Assembly (NCBI RefSeq): GCF_902713615.1 | Contig: NC_052163.1 | Coordinates: 48,842,878 to 48,906,877 of the forward strand | Source: Scyliorhinus canicula | Taxonomy: Eukaryota | DNA length: 64,000 nucleotides | Direction of reading: 5' to 3' | Part shown: piece by piece, positions 13,511 through 26,452 of the stretch | Layout: every line of letters starts with the position of its first letter | Numbering within the stretch: the stretch's first letter is position 1 | Made by a program: the position numbers and the translations under genes | Notes under the pieces: generated by a model | Told to the model about the DNA's origin: nothing | The model's input: the letters and a program-made list of their open reading frames with translations, nothing else | Databases searched by the model: none

Positions 13511-14489
13511 AGAGGAGAAATGCTTGCATGTAAGAGACAAGAAAAGCATTCAGCTCCAGTAAGTGTGTTCAGAGTGGTTTCTCTCAGGAAAACACTGGGG
13601 TCATTAAGCACAGATACATTTGGGATTATTTGTCTTGGAGAGAAAGTCAGAATGATGTGCTTGACAAACTGAACGTGCACTTTGGTCCCTTCAGCCGGCA
13701 GGCAGGCTGGCAGGAAGGATCTTGCGTGATACCAAGCAACCTGACTAAGAATGGATAAGGCCCCAGAGAGATTCACCGTTCACCAAGAGGGACTTCGATA
13801 TAAAGCCACTGAAACAATAGACGGGTATTATTCACCTTCACTGTCAGACCCTTCACAAAAGTACAAGAAAAATCAAATTGTTTTCCTGTTTCCAATAAGC
13901 CTAATTGACTATTTACAGTTTGTGAACAAGCTTTTAACATCCATTAGGTAATTTATTGCAGGCTCTTTTGAATTTTCAGAAAAGGGTAAGACCGGATGCT
14001 TTTAACTGAATTGTGTGTTTTGAAGTGGGAAAACCTTTCATCAAATTCCATAGACATCCCTCAGGAGATTGCATATCTTATTGTCACACATAAGACTCAA
14101 GTTACTCTTAAAGCAGACGCCAAAATATTGTATGAATTGAAGCATCTTATTTCTTTACAAATCAACATTTGCAGTCGGTGCACAGGAGCAAGCACCAGAA
14201 TATCAGCTGGGCTATTAAAGTCATGCAGCCGTATTCCCCGTCCCTGAGACTTATTAAGTGTTGACGCTGGGGCAGGATTAGTGAAGTTCTACAACAGCAA
14301 AACTGGCGCTGCACCTGGACCAATTCAATGACCGTTAAGGGGCTAGCACCGGCGGCACGTGGAACATGGTCGATTCCAATAAGAAACTTGCCGGATTTGC
14401 CAGATTCGGGATTGACATTCAGGAGGCTGACAAGCTGCCGCCGCATATACACACTTCACTTCCCACACACACTCATCCCAGCCAACAAG

Positions 14490-15315
14490 ATGGCAGCAAG
14501 ACGAGTGGCACCAAGATTTAGCAACGCGGAGGAGAGGCAGGCAACCCTGTACCTAGGGGTGGGAAGGAGCCTGACAGCTGCTGCCGTTCGCCGGGCCTCG
14601 GTGCAGGTGTCAGAGGTAGTCAGCTCCATGGGCAACACCGTCCGGACTGGCCAGCAGTATTGAATACACAGCATGACCTCGTGAGGGAGGCCAGGGTGAG
14701 TAGGCAGCACTGTGCCCCGAGCACCAACACCCGTTCCCCACACACCCACACACCCATAACTCCCCCCTCACCCGAAGGACGGCCGAACCCTTACCTTGCA
14801 CCACATGCCAGCACCCATACCGGCTGCCATAGCGAGATGCCGTGGCCACTGAAGCCACCAGGAACCCACTCCATGGGCTGCATACGTCAGAGTGTCTAAC
14901 ACTGTGCATTTTCTGTTCCTCCGCCAGGAGAAGGCCGTGCACAACCGCCGAGAGTGATAAAGATTGGAGGGGACCGCCGGACCTGTGGCCCCACATCGCA
15001 ACAGAACTGAGGGCATTGGACGTGGTCGGAGGGCCTGAGGAAAGGGAGGTTGCCGGGGAGGAGGTCGGCATCGGACAAGGAAGTGAGACCCTGCTGCTTT
15101 GCAGTTCCCTGTGACACGTGTGTCACCACCCAAAGCCCCCACCATCACACCCACACCACCCCCACATCCACCATCACCCCACACCCCTCTCCATCACCAG
15201 CCCCCTCCCCACTTACCCTCTCTCCACCCACTTTCCTCCTTTGGCCTGCGATACAATCATGCGTCCTGTCTTGTGTGTTGCAGAAGTTGCGGATGAAGGG
15301 GCGGGCCCTTCTGGT

Positions 15316-15350
<35 letters not shown>

Positions 15351-16250
15351 CACAACCAGAACTCCGTGTGTCGATCAATAACAGAAATGAGACCATCACG
15401 GATGGGAGCCCTGGAGCTTGACTTCCCATCACAGCTGTCTCCAACACCCTCCACAATCCCAGAGACAGTCACCCTGGTTGGGCACTTTAGTGAAGAGGCT
15501 CCTGGGGCACTATCTGGTGGGCACCACACATACACATGCCCCGGTACAGCAGGTGGAGGTAGGATCTCCCAAGGGGGCGAACGGTTGAAGGGACTAGCTG
15601 CCGGCCAGACGGATGTAGGGCTTCTGGAATGGACGGTCCATAGACTGTGGAGCCAGAGACTGCATGAGGGGTTGTCGGTGAGCATCCAGCACCTGCAGGT
15701 GCAGGTGGAGGAGTCCCACTGCATGCAGGAGCAGGAGGCAGTGCCGACCATGTTTGCCTCTCAGGCCAACACCGAAAGGGTGGCGTCTGGGGGTGGAGGC
15801 CTCGGGGGCGAAAGGTTCCGCCATGAGCAAACATGTCCAAGGCCTGGGGCAATCTGTGCAGGTGGTGGCCGAGGCCCAGGACAGGGCTGCCCTATCACAA
15901 AGGTACCTGGACATTGCAGGGGCGCTCCAGAGCCCAGTCACAACGGGCCATGACTGAGAGCATTGGCAGCATTGCAGAGGCATGGCCAACATGGCCCAGC
16001 CCTCAAGGGCGCTAGCGCAGTTTATGGCTGTTGCAGCAGAGACCCAGAAAGTGGTGACACAGTCACAGCATGATGTGGCACATCCCAGACGGAGGTGGTC
16101 CACTCCCCGTGCTCCATAGATGAGCACGCAGACCCTGGTCGAGATGAGAGCGGGCCTCCAGGACTGGCAGCGCCAGGTAGCGTGGGAGCCTCAGGGGTTT
16201 GCTCCGCTTGCACCCCCATCCCATGGAGTAGCTCGGGGGCCATCAGACAC
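14490..16250 (+). pseudogene. Decayed Harbinger Myb/SANT-like DNA-binding protein gene with introns
   Basis: MAARRVAPRF…EERQATLY…VRRA..QVSEVVS..GNTVRTGQQ (trihelix/Myb). GT-AG introns at 14696-14927 and 15083-15283. Coiled-coil-like last exon. In-frame stops present. Confidence 0.72.
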
Positions 16251-16621
16251 CTGCCCCATGTGGCCCACCCTGGCCCCATGGCCATTTTGTGTTTCTGGCG
16301 TTGGCCGACAGAAAACCCCATGGTGGTGAAATCTGTTCTCATCAAATGTCTGTCTCCATCTCCACATCATAAAGCTACTTTGAAATGTGCAGTGATGCTT
16401 CAACGCAATCTCACCAAATTCGTTCGAACTGTGGTAACGAGTGGGAAAGGCCGGGTGTTTTCCGAAAGCTGCCTGACAAAACCGTCACTGGTATCTAATG
16501 TTAATTGGCCCACTTAATGTGACCCCTAGGGCTTCACGTCACAAATGACTGTCCAGTGGGCTGATTCGCCAGGATCGTGCCCGGCAACTCCCCACTAATG
16601 AGGGGGAGAAAAACCGAAAAA

Positions 16622-16645
16622 TTAGGGTTAGGGTTAGGGTTAGGG
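16622..16645 (+). repeat. Interstitial telomeric repeat (TTAGGG)4
   Basis: Four perfect TTAGGG units. Confidence 0.9.
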
Positions 16646-17463
16646 GGAGCAAAACCGATTCCGCAGAGCAAACCCCACACAGGGAAATCTGGAGCTCAAA
16701 CCAGCTGCCCCTCCAGTCCAAGGTGACCCCCAGGGCTCCATGGAGCACTGAATGCCAATCTGGAGCCTTCCTACGGGGTGGCGATGGCAACCACCAGCAC
16801 CCCAGAGTCTCCACCCCTGACAACCGTGTGTGTCAGAGTCAGTGTCCAGAACATGGTGGCATCGGCAGATGGGCCTGGGCCCTCCTGTGCCAGCTCCCCC
16901 AGAAGATGCCCGCCAGGGGCATCAAAGGCTATGGGATGCGGTAAGCTGCAGGCTGCCTCCACTGCTGAGGGGGCACTGGGATGAGGGCGGGGCAGATAGG
17001 GGGAAGCGCAATTTGGGGCGAGGGACAGTTGGGGGTCACAAGTGTACAACAATAAAACAGGTTCCACCTGAGACATGTGAAGCCTGTGGCATGTTATTCT
17101 GGAATACGGGCCGGTCTCCAAACCTCTGCCCCAGTCCCCTGGGCATAGTGGTCCTGGATTTAAACACCCCCACCCAAAGCATACCATGTGCAGGTGATGG
17201 GTGTGAGTGCGCACTTAGCAGACAGACAGGAGTCAGACTATGGCAAAGAGTGAGGAGCACCGATGGCGGTCAACTCCCCCCAAGTGAGGCAGTCCCTCCC
17301 AGGGTCTCTTTTCCATGGCCCTGACCCACCCTGGGATCTCATCCCCTGGTGCACTGTGCTAGCAATCCCAGTGTCCCTGGGCTAATTGCCCGGGATCAGT
17401 GATGGCTACTCACCTCCTTGGATTGCCACAGTAGCTGGAGGCCGTCGCCGTGCGCATGCGCGG

Positions 17464-20400
17464 TGATGCACGATCAATTGCACAAAGATGAGAGTTGCAT
17501 ACAACTGAGGCTTTATTACACTAAGATGTGTGGCCTCCTACAGCAGCTGCCAAAATGGCTGCTGTACAGGGAGCACACATATTTATACTCCTCCTACTGG
17601 GCAGAGCCAGCAGGCAGAGACTACCCCCATACCTGTAGTACAGGGCCTTACCATACATACCCTAATATATACAGCAGTGGTTACTACCACATTCACCCCC
17701 TGTTAAAATTGAGTCCGGTGGGGGTGGTGGAGAACTATATACAGCACAAGTTTAATATACAGAGAAAAGAATTTTGAGTCCAGAACCGAATACAGGTTTA
17801 GCCAGTCCGGAGCCTTGATCTGACGTTGGGAGCGGCACAGTGGTGGCGGCGATTCTGGCGTCTGTTGGGTCCTTGGTGACTCCGGGAGCGTGCCGAGATC
17901 CTCTTCATCCTCGGGCGTGGGCAGGGGGAGGACAGATGTCCTCAGGGGTTGCTGCTGGGTGCGCCGGGGAGGGGAGGGTGGCGCCGGGCTGGGGGTGTGT
18001 GTGTGTGTGTGTGGAGCCTGCTGGCGCCACGTCCCTGAGAGACAGTATCTTGGTGGCCGTCGTAGGCATACTGGGGGTTGGTGTGGAGTAACTGCACCCT
18101 TTCCTCCAACGGGTCCGCCTTGTGGAGTTGTACGTTCTTACGGAGGAGTAAGTTCCTGGAGCTGCGAGCCAAGTCGGGAGCGACACCCCGGAGGTGGACT
18201 TCCTGGGGAAGGCAAAGAGACGTTCATGGGATGTGTCGTTAGTCGCAGTGCATAGGAGCGACCGAATGGAGTGCAGTGCACCGGGAGGACCTCCTGCCAG
18301 TGGGAGGCCGGGAGATTTCTGGACCGGAGGGCCAGCTGAATGGCCCTCCAGACTGTCCCGTTCTCCCTCTTCACCTGTCCGTTACCCCGGGGGTTATAAC
18401 TGGTTGTCCTGCTCGAGGCGATACCCTTGTGGAGCAGGAACTGACGCAGCTCATCGCTCATGAATGAGGATCCCCTGTCACTGTGGATGTAGACGGGGAA
18501 GCCGAACAGAGTGAAGATGGTGTTAAGGGCTTTGATGATGGTGGCAGACGTCATGTCGAGGCATGGGATGGCGAAGGGGAATCTGGAGTACTCATCGTCC
18601 ACACTGAGGAAATACGTGTTCCGGTCGGTGGAGGGAAGGGGCCCTTTGAAATCCACGCTGAGGCATTCAAAGGGGTGGGAGGCCTTCACCAGGCGCGCAT
18701 GGTCCGGCTGGTAGAAGTGTGGTTTGCACTCCGCACAGACCTGGCAGTCTCTGGTGATGGCCCTGACTTCCTCGACGGAGTAGGGCAGATTGCGGGCCTT
18801 AATGAAGTGGTACAACCGTGTGACTCCCGGGTGACAAAGGTGCAGAGTCCAGAGTTGGTCCACCTGTGCGCTGGCACATGTACCTTGGGATAGGGCATCG
18901 GAGGGCTCGTTGAGATTACCGGGGCGATACAAAATCTCGTAGTTGTAGGTGGAGAGTTTGATCCTCCACCTCAAGGTTTTATCATTTTTGATCTTGAACC
19001 GCTGTGTGTTGTTAAACATGAAACCTATCGACTGTTGGCCAGTGAGGAGAGCGAATCTCCTGCCAGCCAGGTAATGCCTCCAATGCCGCACAGCTTCAAC
19101 GATGGCCTGGGCTTCTTTTTCGAAGGAGGAGTGCTGAATTTCAGAGGTATGAAGGTTCCATGTAAAGAATCCCATGGGCTTGCCTGCCTGGTTGAGAGTG
19201 GCAGCTAGAGCGACGTCTGATGCGTCGCTCTCCACTTGAAAGGGTAACGTCTCGTCGACTGCGTGCATCGCGGCCTTGGCAATGTCGGCCCTAATACGGT
19301 TGAAGGCCTGTTGAGCCTCAACTGTCAGGGGGAAAAGGGTGGACTGGATGAGTGGGCGGGCCTTATCTGCATAATTTGGAACCTACTGGGCGTCGTAAGA
19401 AAAGAACCCCAGGCAGCGTTTGAGGGCCTTGGGGCAGTGGGGAAGGGGGAGTTCCATGAGGGGGAGAATGGGGTCGGGGTCGGGCCCCAGAACTCGGTTC
19501 TGGACCACATAGCCGAGGGTGGCTAAGCGGTTCGTGCTGAATACGGACTTCTCCTTGTTATAAGTGAGGTTTAGGAGAGTGGCGCTGCGGAGAAATTTGG
19601 CAAGGTCGGCGTCGTGGTCCTGCTGGTCGTGGCCACAGATGGTGACATTATTTAGGTATGGGAAAATGGCCCGCAGCCCGTACCGGTCGACCATTCAGTC
19701 CATCTCCCTTTGGAAGACCCAGACCCCGTTGGTGACGCCAAAGGGAACCGTAAGAAAATGGTAGAGGCGGCCGTCTGCCTTGAAGGCAGTGTATAGGCGG
19801 TCCGCCTTACGGATGGGGAGCTGGTGGTAGGCAGATTTTAGGTCTACAGTTGAGAAGACCCGGTACTGTGCAGTCTGATTGACCATATCAGATATGCATG
19901 GGAGGGGGTACGCATCGAGCTGCGTGTACCGATTGATGGTCTGGCTGTAGTCCACGACCATTCCGTGTTTCTCCCCCATTTTCACCACTACCACTTGGGC
20001 TCTCCAGGGGCTGTTACTGGCCTCGATGGTGCCTTCCCGAAGCAGCCGCTGGACTTCGGACCTGATGAAGGTCCTGTCCTGAGCACTGTACCATCTGCTC
20101 CTTGTGGCGACGGGTTTGCAATTCGGGGTTAGGTTTGCGAATAGGGAAGGTGGGTCGACCTTTAGGGTCGTGAGACCGCACACAGTGAGGGGTGGTAGGG
20201 GCCCACCGAATTTCAATGTTAGGCCCTGGAGTAACAGGCCGAGTAGCAGGGCAGCGCAGGGGTTGGGGAGGACGTGGAGGTGGAAGCTCTTGAAAACTCT
20301 ATGCCCTGGATAGTGAGCATGGCTATGCAGTACCCCCGGATCGCCATGGAGTGAGACCCGGAGGCCAGGGAGATTCTCTGATTGGCGGGGTGTACCGCGA

Positions 20401-21752
20401 GGGAGCAGCGCCTTACCGTATCGGGATTTATGAAGCTCTCGCTGTTCCCGGAGTCCAGCAGACAGGAGATCTCGTGCCCACCGATCTTCACGCTTGTGGA
20501 GGCGGTTGCTAGATTGTGCGGGCGAGACTGGTTGATCGTGACTGAGGCGAGCCGCGGCTGGTTATCGCTGGTGTCAGGCAATGGGGTGCCCGGGGGGGCA
20601 TGGGTCCTGGAACGATGGTGGCGCCCACGTGCTGTGGGGGAGACAAGATGGCGGCGCCTGCCAATCCTGAAGAGGACCAGATGGCGGCGCCCACGGGCTG
20701 CATTTGGCGGGGGTTGAACAAGATGGCGGTCGGGGTCGGAGCGATAGCAGCGACTGAGCGAGCCTGGCACACCACAGCGAAGTGCCCCTTTTTGCTGCAG
20801 GCCTTGCAAAGGGCGCTCCGGGCCGGGCAGCGTTGGCGGGGGGTGTTTTGGCTGCCCACAGAAGTAACATCTGGGGCCCCCGGGGTTGGCTGGTTGGTGC
20901 GTGGCACAGGTGTAGGGTTGGTTGAGTAGAGTCCCGGATGGGGCGGCTGTCTGCGGGGTCCACGATACGTAGGAGGGGTGGGCCGCGCGGACGGGGATGT
21001 AGGCCTGGATATTGCGCGAGGCGACCATCATCGATAGCGCCAGCGTTTTGGTTGTCGCGAGGTCGAGCGTGTCTCCCTCTAAAAGTCGCTGGCGGATGTA
21101 ATCTGACGCAATCCCCGTAACGAAAGCGTCCCGGCTGAGTACATTCGCGTGTTCCGTGGCCGTGACGGCCTGACAGTCACAGTCTCTGACCAGGGGAGTT
21201 AGGGCACGCCAGAAATCTTCTCTTGACTCACCAGGGAGTTGACGACGAGTTGAGAGGACATGCCTGTCGTAAAGCGTGTTAGTCCGCTGAGCGTAATTCT
21301 CTTTCAGTATCGCCATGGCTTCATCGTAGGTCGGCGCGTCCTGGATAAGCGGAAAAACGCTGGAGCTCAGCCGTGTGTAGAGGATCTGGATCTTCTGAGT
21401 TTCCAGAATTGGGACTGGTGCAGACCTGATGTAAGCTTTTTGGCGTTGCTTGATTCCGGATCGAGCTGCAGGCGATCCGGCTTGTTGCGGAGGTCCATCT
21501 TCTGAAAACTTTAGTGTAATAAATTGATGCACTATCAATTGCACAAAGACGAGAGTTGAATACAACTGAGGCTTTATTACACTAAGATGTGTGACCGCCT
21601 ACAGCAGCTGGCGAAATGGCTGCTGTACAGGGAGCACACATATTTATACTCCGCCTACTGGGTGGAGTCAGCAGGCAGGGACTACCCCCATACCTGTAGT
21701 ACAGAGCCTTACCATACATATCCTAATATATACAGCAGTGGTTACTACCACA
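17464..21752 (-). mobile_element. Full-length compact Ty3/Gypsy LTR retrotransposon (copy G1, 4.3 kb), decayed
   Basis: Two 228-bp LTRs (17464-17691, 21525-21752; TG...CA; about 14 mismatches by hand count). 5-bp TSD cgcgg/tgcgg. PPT agggggtgaa before the 3' LTR. Domain order gag-PR-RT-RH-IN. Confidence 0.96.
17800..21498 (-). pseudogene. Frameshifted gag-pol of G1
   Basis: Gag zinc knuckles CYFCGQPKH..CPARSALCKACSKKGHFAVVC; protease LLDSG; RT (DLKSAYHQ, VPFG, YL(N)N); RNase H (SDAS, EKEAQA, DALS); integrase HHCC and DDE (VDFKGP, HSDRGSSF, GNGQV). Spread over ORFs 20219-21565, 19695-20216, 19383-19694 and 18138-19268. Confidence 0.93.
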
Positions 21753-21942
21753 TGCGGCCTCTGACCCGGAAATACGGGGGCCAGTATCTCTAGCAAAAGC
21801 TGCAAGATTCACTCCGGGTCCCTGCTCGCACCCTGCAGGTCTATGAATTCATCTCACTTTTTTACAGGAATTTCAGGAGTAAACCTCCACCGTTTTGATG
21901 CTGGCGTGGGGACACAGTCTCAATAGTGGAGAATCCAGCCCC
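21753..21942. mobile_element. Harbinger-type terminal segment (the G1 insertion target continues from about 17400)
   Basis: Ends in the TIR-like ggagaatccagccc. G1 sits in …gtgcgcatgcgcgg|…|tgcggcctc. Confidence 0.55.
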
Positions 21943-23040
21943 ATACATTTGAAGGAGAAGATCCAAAGGCAAGACACCACGGGTTTTTCCCCAAATAGTT
22001 CACCTACATTCTACTCTGAATATCTCAGCAAATGTGCTTCAGCCTGTTGGCAAAGAAGATTCAATTTATGGCGGAACATGCACTTCATGAAATACAGCCA
22101 TACATAATGTCGAATAAAGGTTAACAACGTGTGAAACAAGATGTGTTATTATTTGTGGTACTCCCGTGACAAACTAACGTGGCAATAATTAGTTAGAAAT
22201 GCATTTTATGGGGAATAGAGTCTGAAGCATTGGATGCTCATATCATTAAAGCTTCCAGATGGAATTAATGTTGTACGAAAGTTTGATTTTACAATGAAGG
22301 TAATGACCCTTGCGTATACTGAGCTTTCCGCACCCTCTCGAGAGGTTCTTTGTTGTCTGTAAATGGAGATTAGCTGAAGGAACAAACAACTTTCCTTCCT
22401 GGTTTCAGGTTTGTCATTATTCAGAGCACAAAGACAGGAGTATGTTCTCTGGAAGCTAATTTCATGCAAGATTATAGGGAAGCAATGCTTACTGATGTAT
22501 TCTTTCCAACCTGTTCAAATGGGTTCCGTTAATAATTCTTAATGAATTGATGCCTGTCAAAGAGGCAGTTTGGCTCCTGTCAAAGAGGCAATTTGGCTCC
22601 AAAATTAGATTAATTATTGATTTTGCGCACCAATTCAAATATTCCCTGAATTTGTATGCACAAAATTTGAATTTAGGTTGAAATCTGATTTATATTAAGT
22701 CTGACTGCATTGGGCTCTTTGAATTAATCCGAGCGAGGGTAGTTCATCCAAATCTGAACTCGTCCACTGCAATTCAGAAATGAGAAATCACTTGAGAGAG
22801 AAATTTACAGCAATCATGAATAATTTAAATTGAAAAAAGGTATTGGAGTGCAGTGCACAAGATGTCCAGACTGCAAACATGCCAATATGACAATATGTAA
22901 CCATCAGCACTTTGAAAGCTTTGATCTCACAGCTTTGTATACGTTGGTTCATTGCAATAACTGTGACATTTTGCGCTGAGCAAAAGACGACCCATCACAC
23001 TTCACAACATCGATATTAATGAAGGTCAGTCAGCCCATCT

Positions 23041-23295
23041 CTATCATAGAACCATAGAATCCCTACAGTGCAGGAGGCCATTTGGCCCATCGAGTCTGCA
23101 CTGCCCCTTGGAAAGAGCATCCCACTTAAGCCCACGCCTCCATATCCCCATAACCCAGTAACCCCACCTCGCCTTTTGGACACTAAGGGGCAATTTAGCA
23201 TGACCAATCCATCTAACCTGCACATCTTTGGACTGTGGGAGGAACACGGAGGAAACCCACATAGACACAGGGAGAAAGTGCAAACTCCACACAGT
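23041..23295 (-). mobile_element. 5'-truncated HE1-like SINE
   Basis: catagaa repeats and core on the reverse strand. Confidence 0.85.
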
Positions 23296-23430
23296 GCAAA
23301 CCATGACTGGGAAGTGAAGGTTAGTGGCCAATTAGCTGCAGAAATATCACAGCTGGACTCTGTGCTCTCCTTAATTGACAACTACACTTGTGCGCTCCCC
23401 AGACAAGCTGCTTGACTGTTAGGAATTTCT

Positions 23431-23661
23431 TTTTGTTTTAAAATAAATTTAGAGTACACAATTCATTTTTTTCCAAGTAAAGGGCAATTTAGCGTGGCCA
23501 ATCCAACTAGCTTGCACATCTTTTGGGTTGTGGGGGCGAAACCCACGCAAACACGGGGAGGATGTGCAAACTCCACACAGTGACCCAGAGCTGGGATCGA
23601 ACCTGGGACCTTGGCGCCGTGAGGCTGTGGTGCTAACCTACTGCGCCACCGTGCTGCCCCC
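23431..23661 (-). mobile_element. Short A-tailed HE1-head SINE with 16-bp TSD
   Basis: TSD actgttaggaatttct at 23415 and 23662. Confidence 0.9.
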
Positions 23662-23703
23662 ACTGTTAGGAATTTCTGTCATCTGGTCGTACAGAACTCG
23701 AAT

Positions 23704-24080
23704 CTTGTTGAAAAGAGAGACATGTTGCCAAAGCTTTTCATCTTGCACTCAGCAAGACAAATGCATGAATGGTAAATTTTAAACAATTACAACAATTCAT
23801 TCTGCAGGAGCAAATGGTGCTGATTGATTGGCAAGTCGATTCTAATTGGCTGAGGCATTGCCATGGAGAAAACAGTGAGAAACTATAGGTTCCCCAAGCT
23901 GTTGGATAATTCAAAAAAAGTGCAAGGCTTGGATATATTCCTTTGTTTGAACATGTCCCTGTGTATGAATGTATTTTGCTTCTAGCAAGTGTACAAGAAC
24001 CACGTTACGAGCTTGACTGATTATCTTAAATTGGTTGTCAGTGTAACTACTAGCACACTCAGGACTGTTCAGGAATTTCC
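23704..24080 (-). mobile_element. Penelope-like element 3' end (GIY-YIG endonuclease C-terminus and pseudo-LTR)
   Basis: ORF 23911-24120 NSPECASSYTDNQFKIISQARN..HLLEAKYIH, matching the C-terminal LEA.YI motif of PLE GIY-YIG domains. Confidence 0.7.
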
Positions 24081-24397
24081 CCTCCTTAACCCAGGGGATC
24101 CTGGTCAATTGAAATGCCACAAATGCTGCCCTGGCTGAGATAAACTAACTCAGTACAAATTGGATATCAAAACTGACACCTTATTGATTGAATTTTTTCT
24201 GTTACCTGCTAAACCTAAGCTAACTGGTAAGGAAGGTACAAACTCTCATTTAAATAAAAAGCTCAGTCCTACATCTTGAAATAAGGGGGGTGTGCAAACA
24301 TCTGAGCTGGATTGGCCACATCCACAATGTCACCAGCCATATCTGTAGACTCCAGCTTCCAACTGCGAACTGCCTTGATCAGCTGTCCAAAGATTTA

Positions 24398-24575
24398 CAG
24401 GTTTGGTAGATTGGCCATGCTAAATTGTCCCTTTGTGTCCAAAACATTAGGTGGGGTTACTGGGTTGCGGGGATAGAGTGGGGGCATGGGCCTAGGTGGG
24501 GGTGCTCTTTTGGAGGATCGGTGCAGACTTGATCGGCCAAATGGTTCCCTACTGCACTCTCGGGATCCTATGGAC
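24398..24575 (+). mobile_element. 5'-truncated HE1-like SINE
   Basis: 3' half only. Confidence 0.75.
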
Positions 24576-26452
24576 TCTGGATCAGCAGGAAGCTGTGCCA
24601 TTTGTTACAAGATCACCTGTAGTCAGCCTGTGCTGTACATAAGGTTGGCATTGTCAGTTCCAGCCAAAGCCACCAGCACCCTCATCTATTTTGCCTTTGC
24701 ATCCTTCCAGAAGGGCATGGACATCAGAGTTAATCCTGAGCCCTAAACGGGCAACAATGGATGAACATTCCATCATTCATTACTAGAGAAACAGGAGTGT
24801 AATAGGATTATCCCATGCATTGTCAAAAGTACATGGGGATCCTTGGAGATGAGCAGTGAGTTATTGCTCCTCCTCACTGTTCCCTGAGTTTCAGCAACTC
24901 ACCCAGTCTAACCTCCAAAGCTCAATAAGCACATTATCTGAGAAGTGATTGATTACACTTTTGCTTGCAAATATCAGGAAGAGGAATGCAGACAGTTTTG
25001 AGGTCCTGTCTTCATGTGACCTTCAGGAAGGATTTTCGCCAGCTAATGTTACAATGCTGTCCACAAAATAAATATTCCAGCGTAAAGAAAGAAAGAAACA
25101 CTTACTTTTTTCGAGCATCTCAGGGTGTCCCAAGGTGTTTGCAGGCAACAGAGTATTTCTGAGGTGGCACCACTGTTGTAGTGTAGGAAATAGACCCTAT
25201 GTTATCACAGCCCTTGATTTCCTTGAAGCCTGCAGAACAACTGTACCTATGGTGAGGTGGAACTACTGTCCCCTGGCCATAGGGCCCTTCATCCACTTAA
25301 ATTCCCTTGATCTGTATCAAAGGCATGAGTGTCTGTGCCAGTTATGGTGCAACTGGGGTGCCTGTCTTAGGAAATTAAAGCAGGTACTAGCTACAGAGTT
25401 ACCAGCTTAAAGAAACGGCAGTGGAAAAACAGTAGCTTTCAACCCCAAGATACCATGGATGCACTGTCCCTGGATTTCCTCAGCACACACATGCCATGGC
25501 TGGCTGGTAATCCGGAAATCGACTCGGCTGGAGGAAGAGGTGGAGACTCCATGTCAGTGGGTGTTGCCCCCATTTCTGCTCCATCTGGCTCACGTTCACC
25601 TGAATATGATGCCCTAACATCAAACCCAGAAGAACTTTGGTCCCCATAAGTTGTTTGCCTGATTGCACGCGTATGTGCCTCTGTGGGAATGCGTTAAGGC
25701 ATAGAATTGCACCTAGTTTAGGGAAGGCCCATAGCTTCACTTTCACTTACGTCCTTAATATTTCTTTAGGCCAGGATGGCTCCTGACAAGAAAGTCAAGG
25801 ACATATAATTTATGAACGGGCCTTCCTTTATTCTCTATATCTTTGTATTATGTTCCATGTTGTTGTTGATGTGGAGAGCGATGTGCTGAAGTAGCACATG
25901 TATCATGACAGACCATCCATGGTACTGGTAAATGACCATCCCATCCATCATGCAGTTTTGACATGTTACAGTGCTCTTCGATCAAGTGAGAACTTAACAT
26001 TTTGTCTTTCACAACCTGATGATATCTCAAAGCACTTTACAGCCAATTAATTACATTTTTTTCAGTCACTGCGGTGAGTGACACATCTATGTGTGAGCTT
26101 CTTTGAAAAATATGACTGTCTGCCATTCAAGTGTAACTTATGGCTGCAATCTGTTCCTCATTGGTTTCCATGGTTAGTGATGAAAGAGTTGCGAATGTGC
26201 AGGGGTTGTGCAGCACCTGGGCATTCATTTCATGTGGCAGCACCTTAAAGTAATGTAAATGCTGTGTCGCGCCATCATTTGTCTCCACTGTTCTGCCTCC
26301 ATATTTATCATGTCAGCACTTTATATTGCCCCAAGTTGCTTTTGGAAAATCTGAAAGAAGTGTCTAAATGTTAAACGGTCAGGTTCTATAAATAACCTCC
26401 ACCCCCAAGTATTTATTTTTGAAGTCCCTGAACATTTTCTTAATACAACTCA

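Noticed and set aside
13447-13776. 109-aa minus-strand ORF as a host exon
   Set aside because: Its C-terminus derives from the solo LTR, with no recognisable domain or convincing splice pair.
22219-22299. LKLPDGINVVRKFDFTMK|gtaatg resembling a UBX/ubiquitin-like strand
   Set aside because: No polypyrimidine acceptor, an in-frame stop immediately upstream, and no supporting neighbouring exons.
24965-25162. FRKDFRQLMLQCC resembling GPCR helix 8
   Set aside because: No NPxxY or transmembrane segment upstream, and the ORF runs into a repeat tail.
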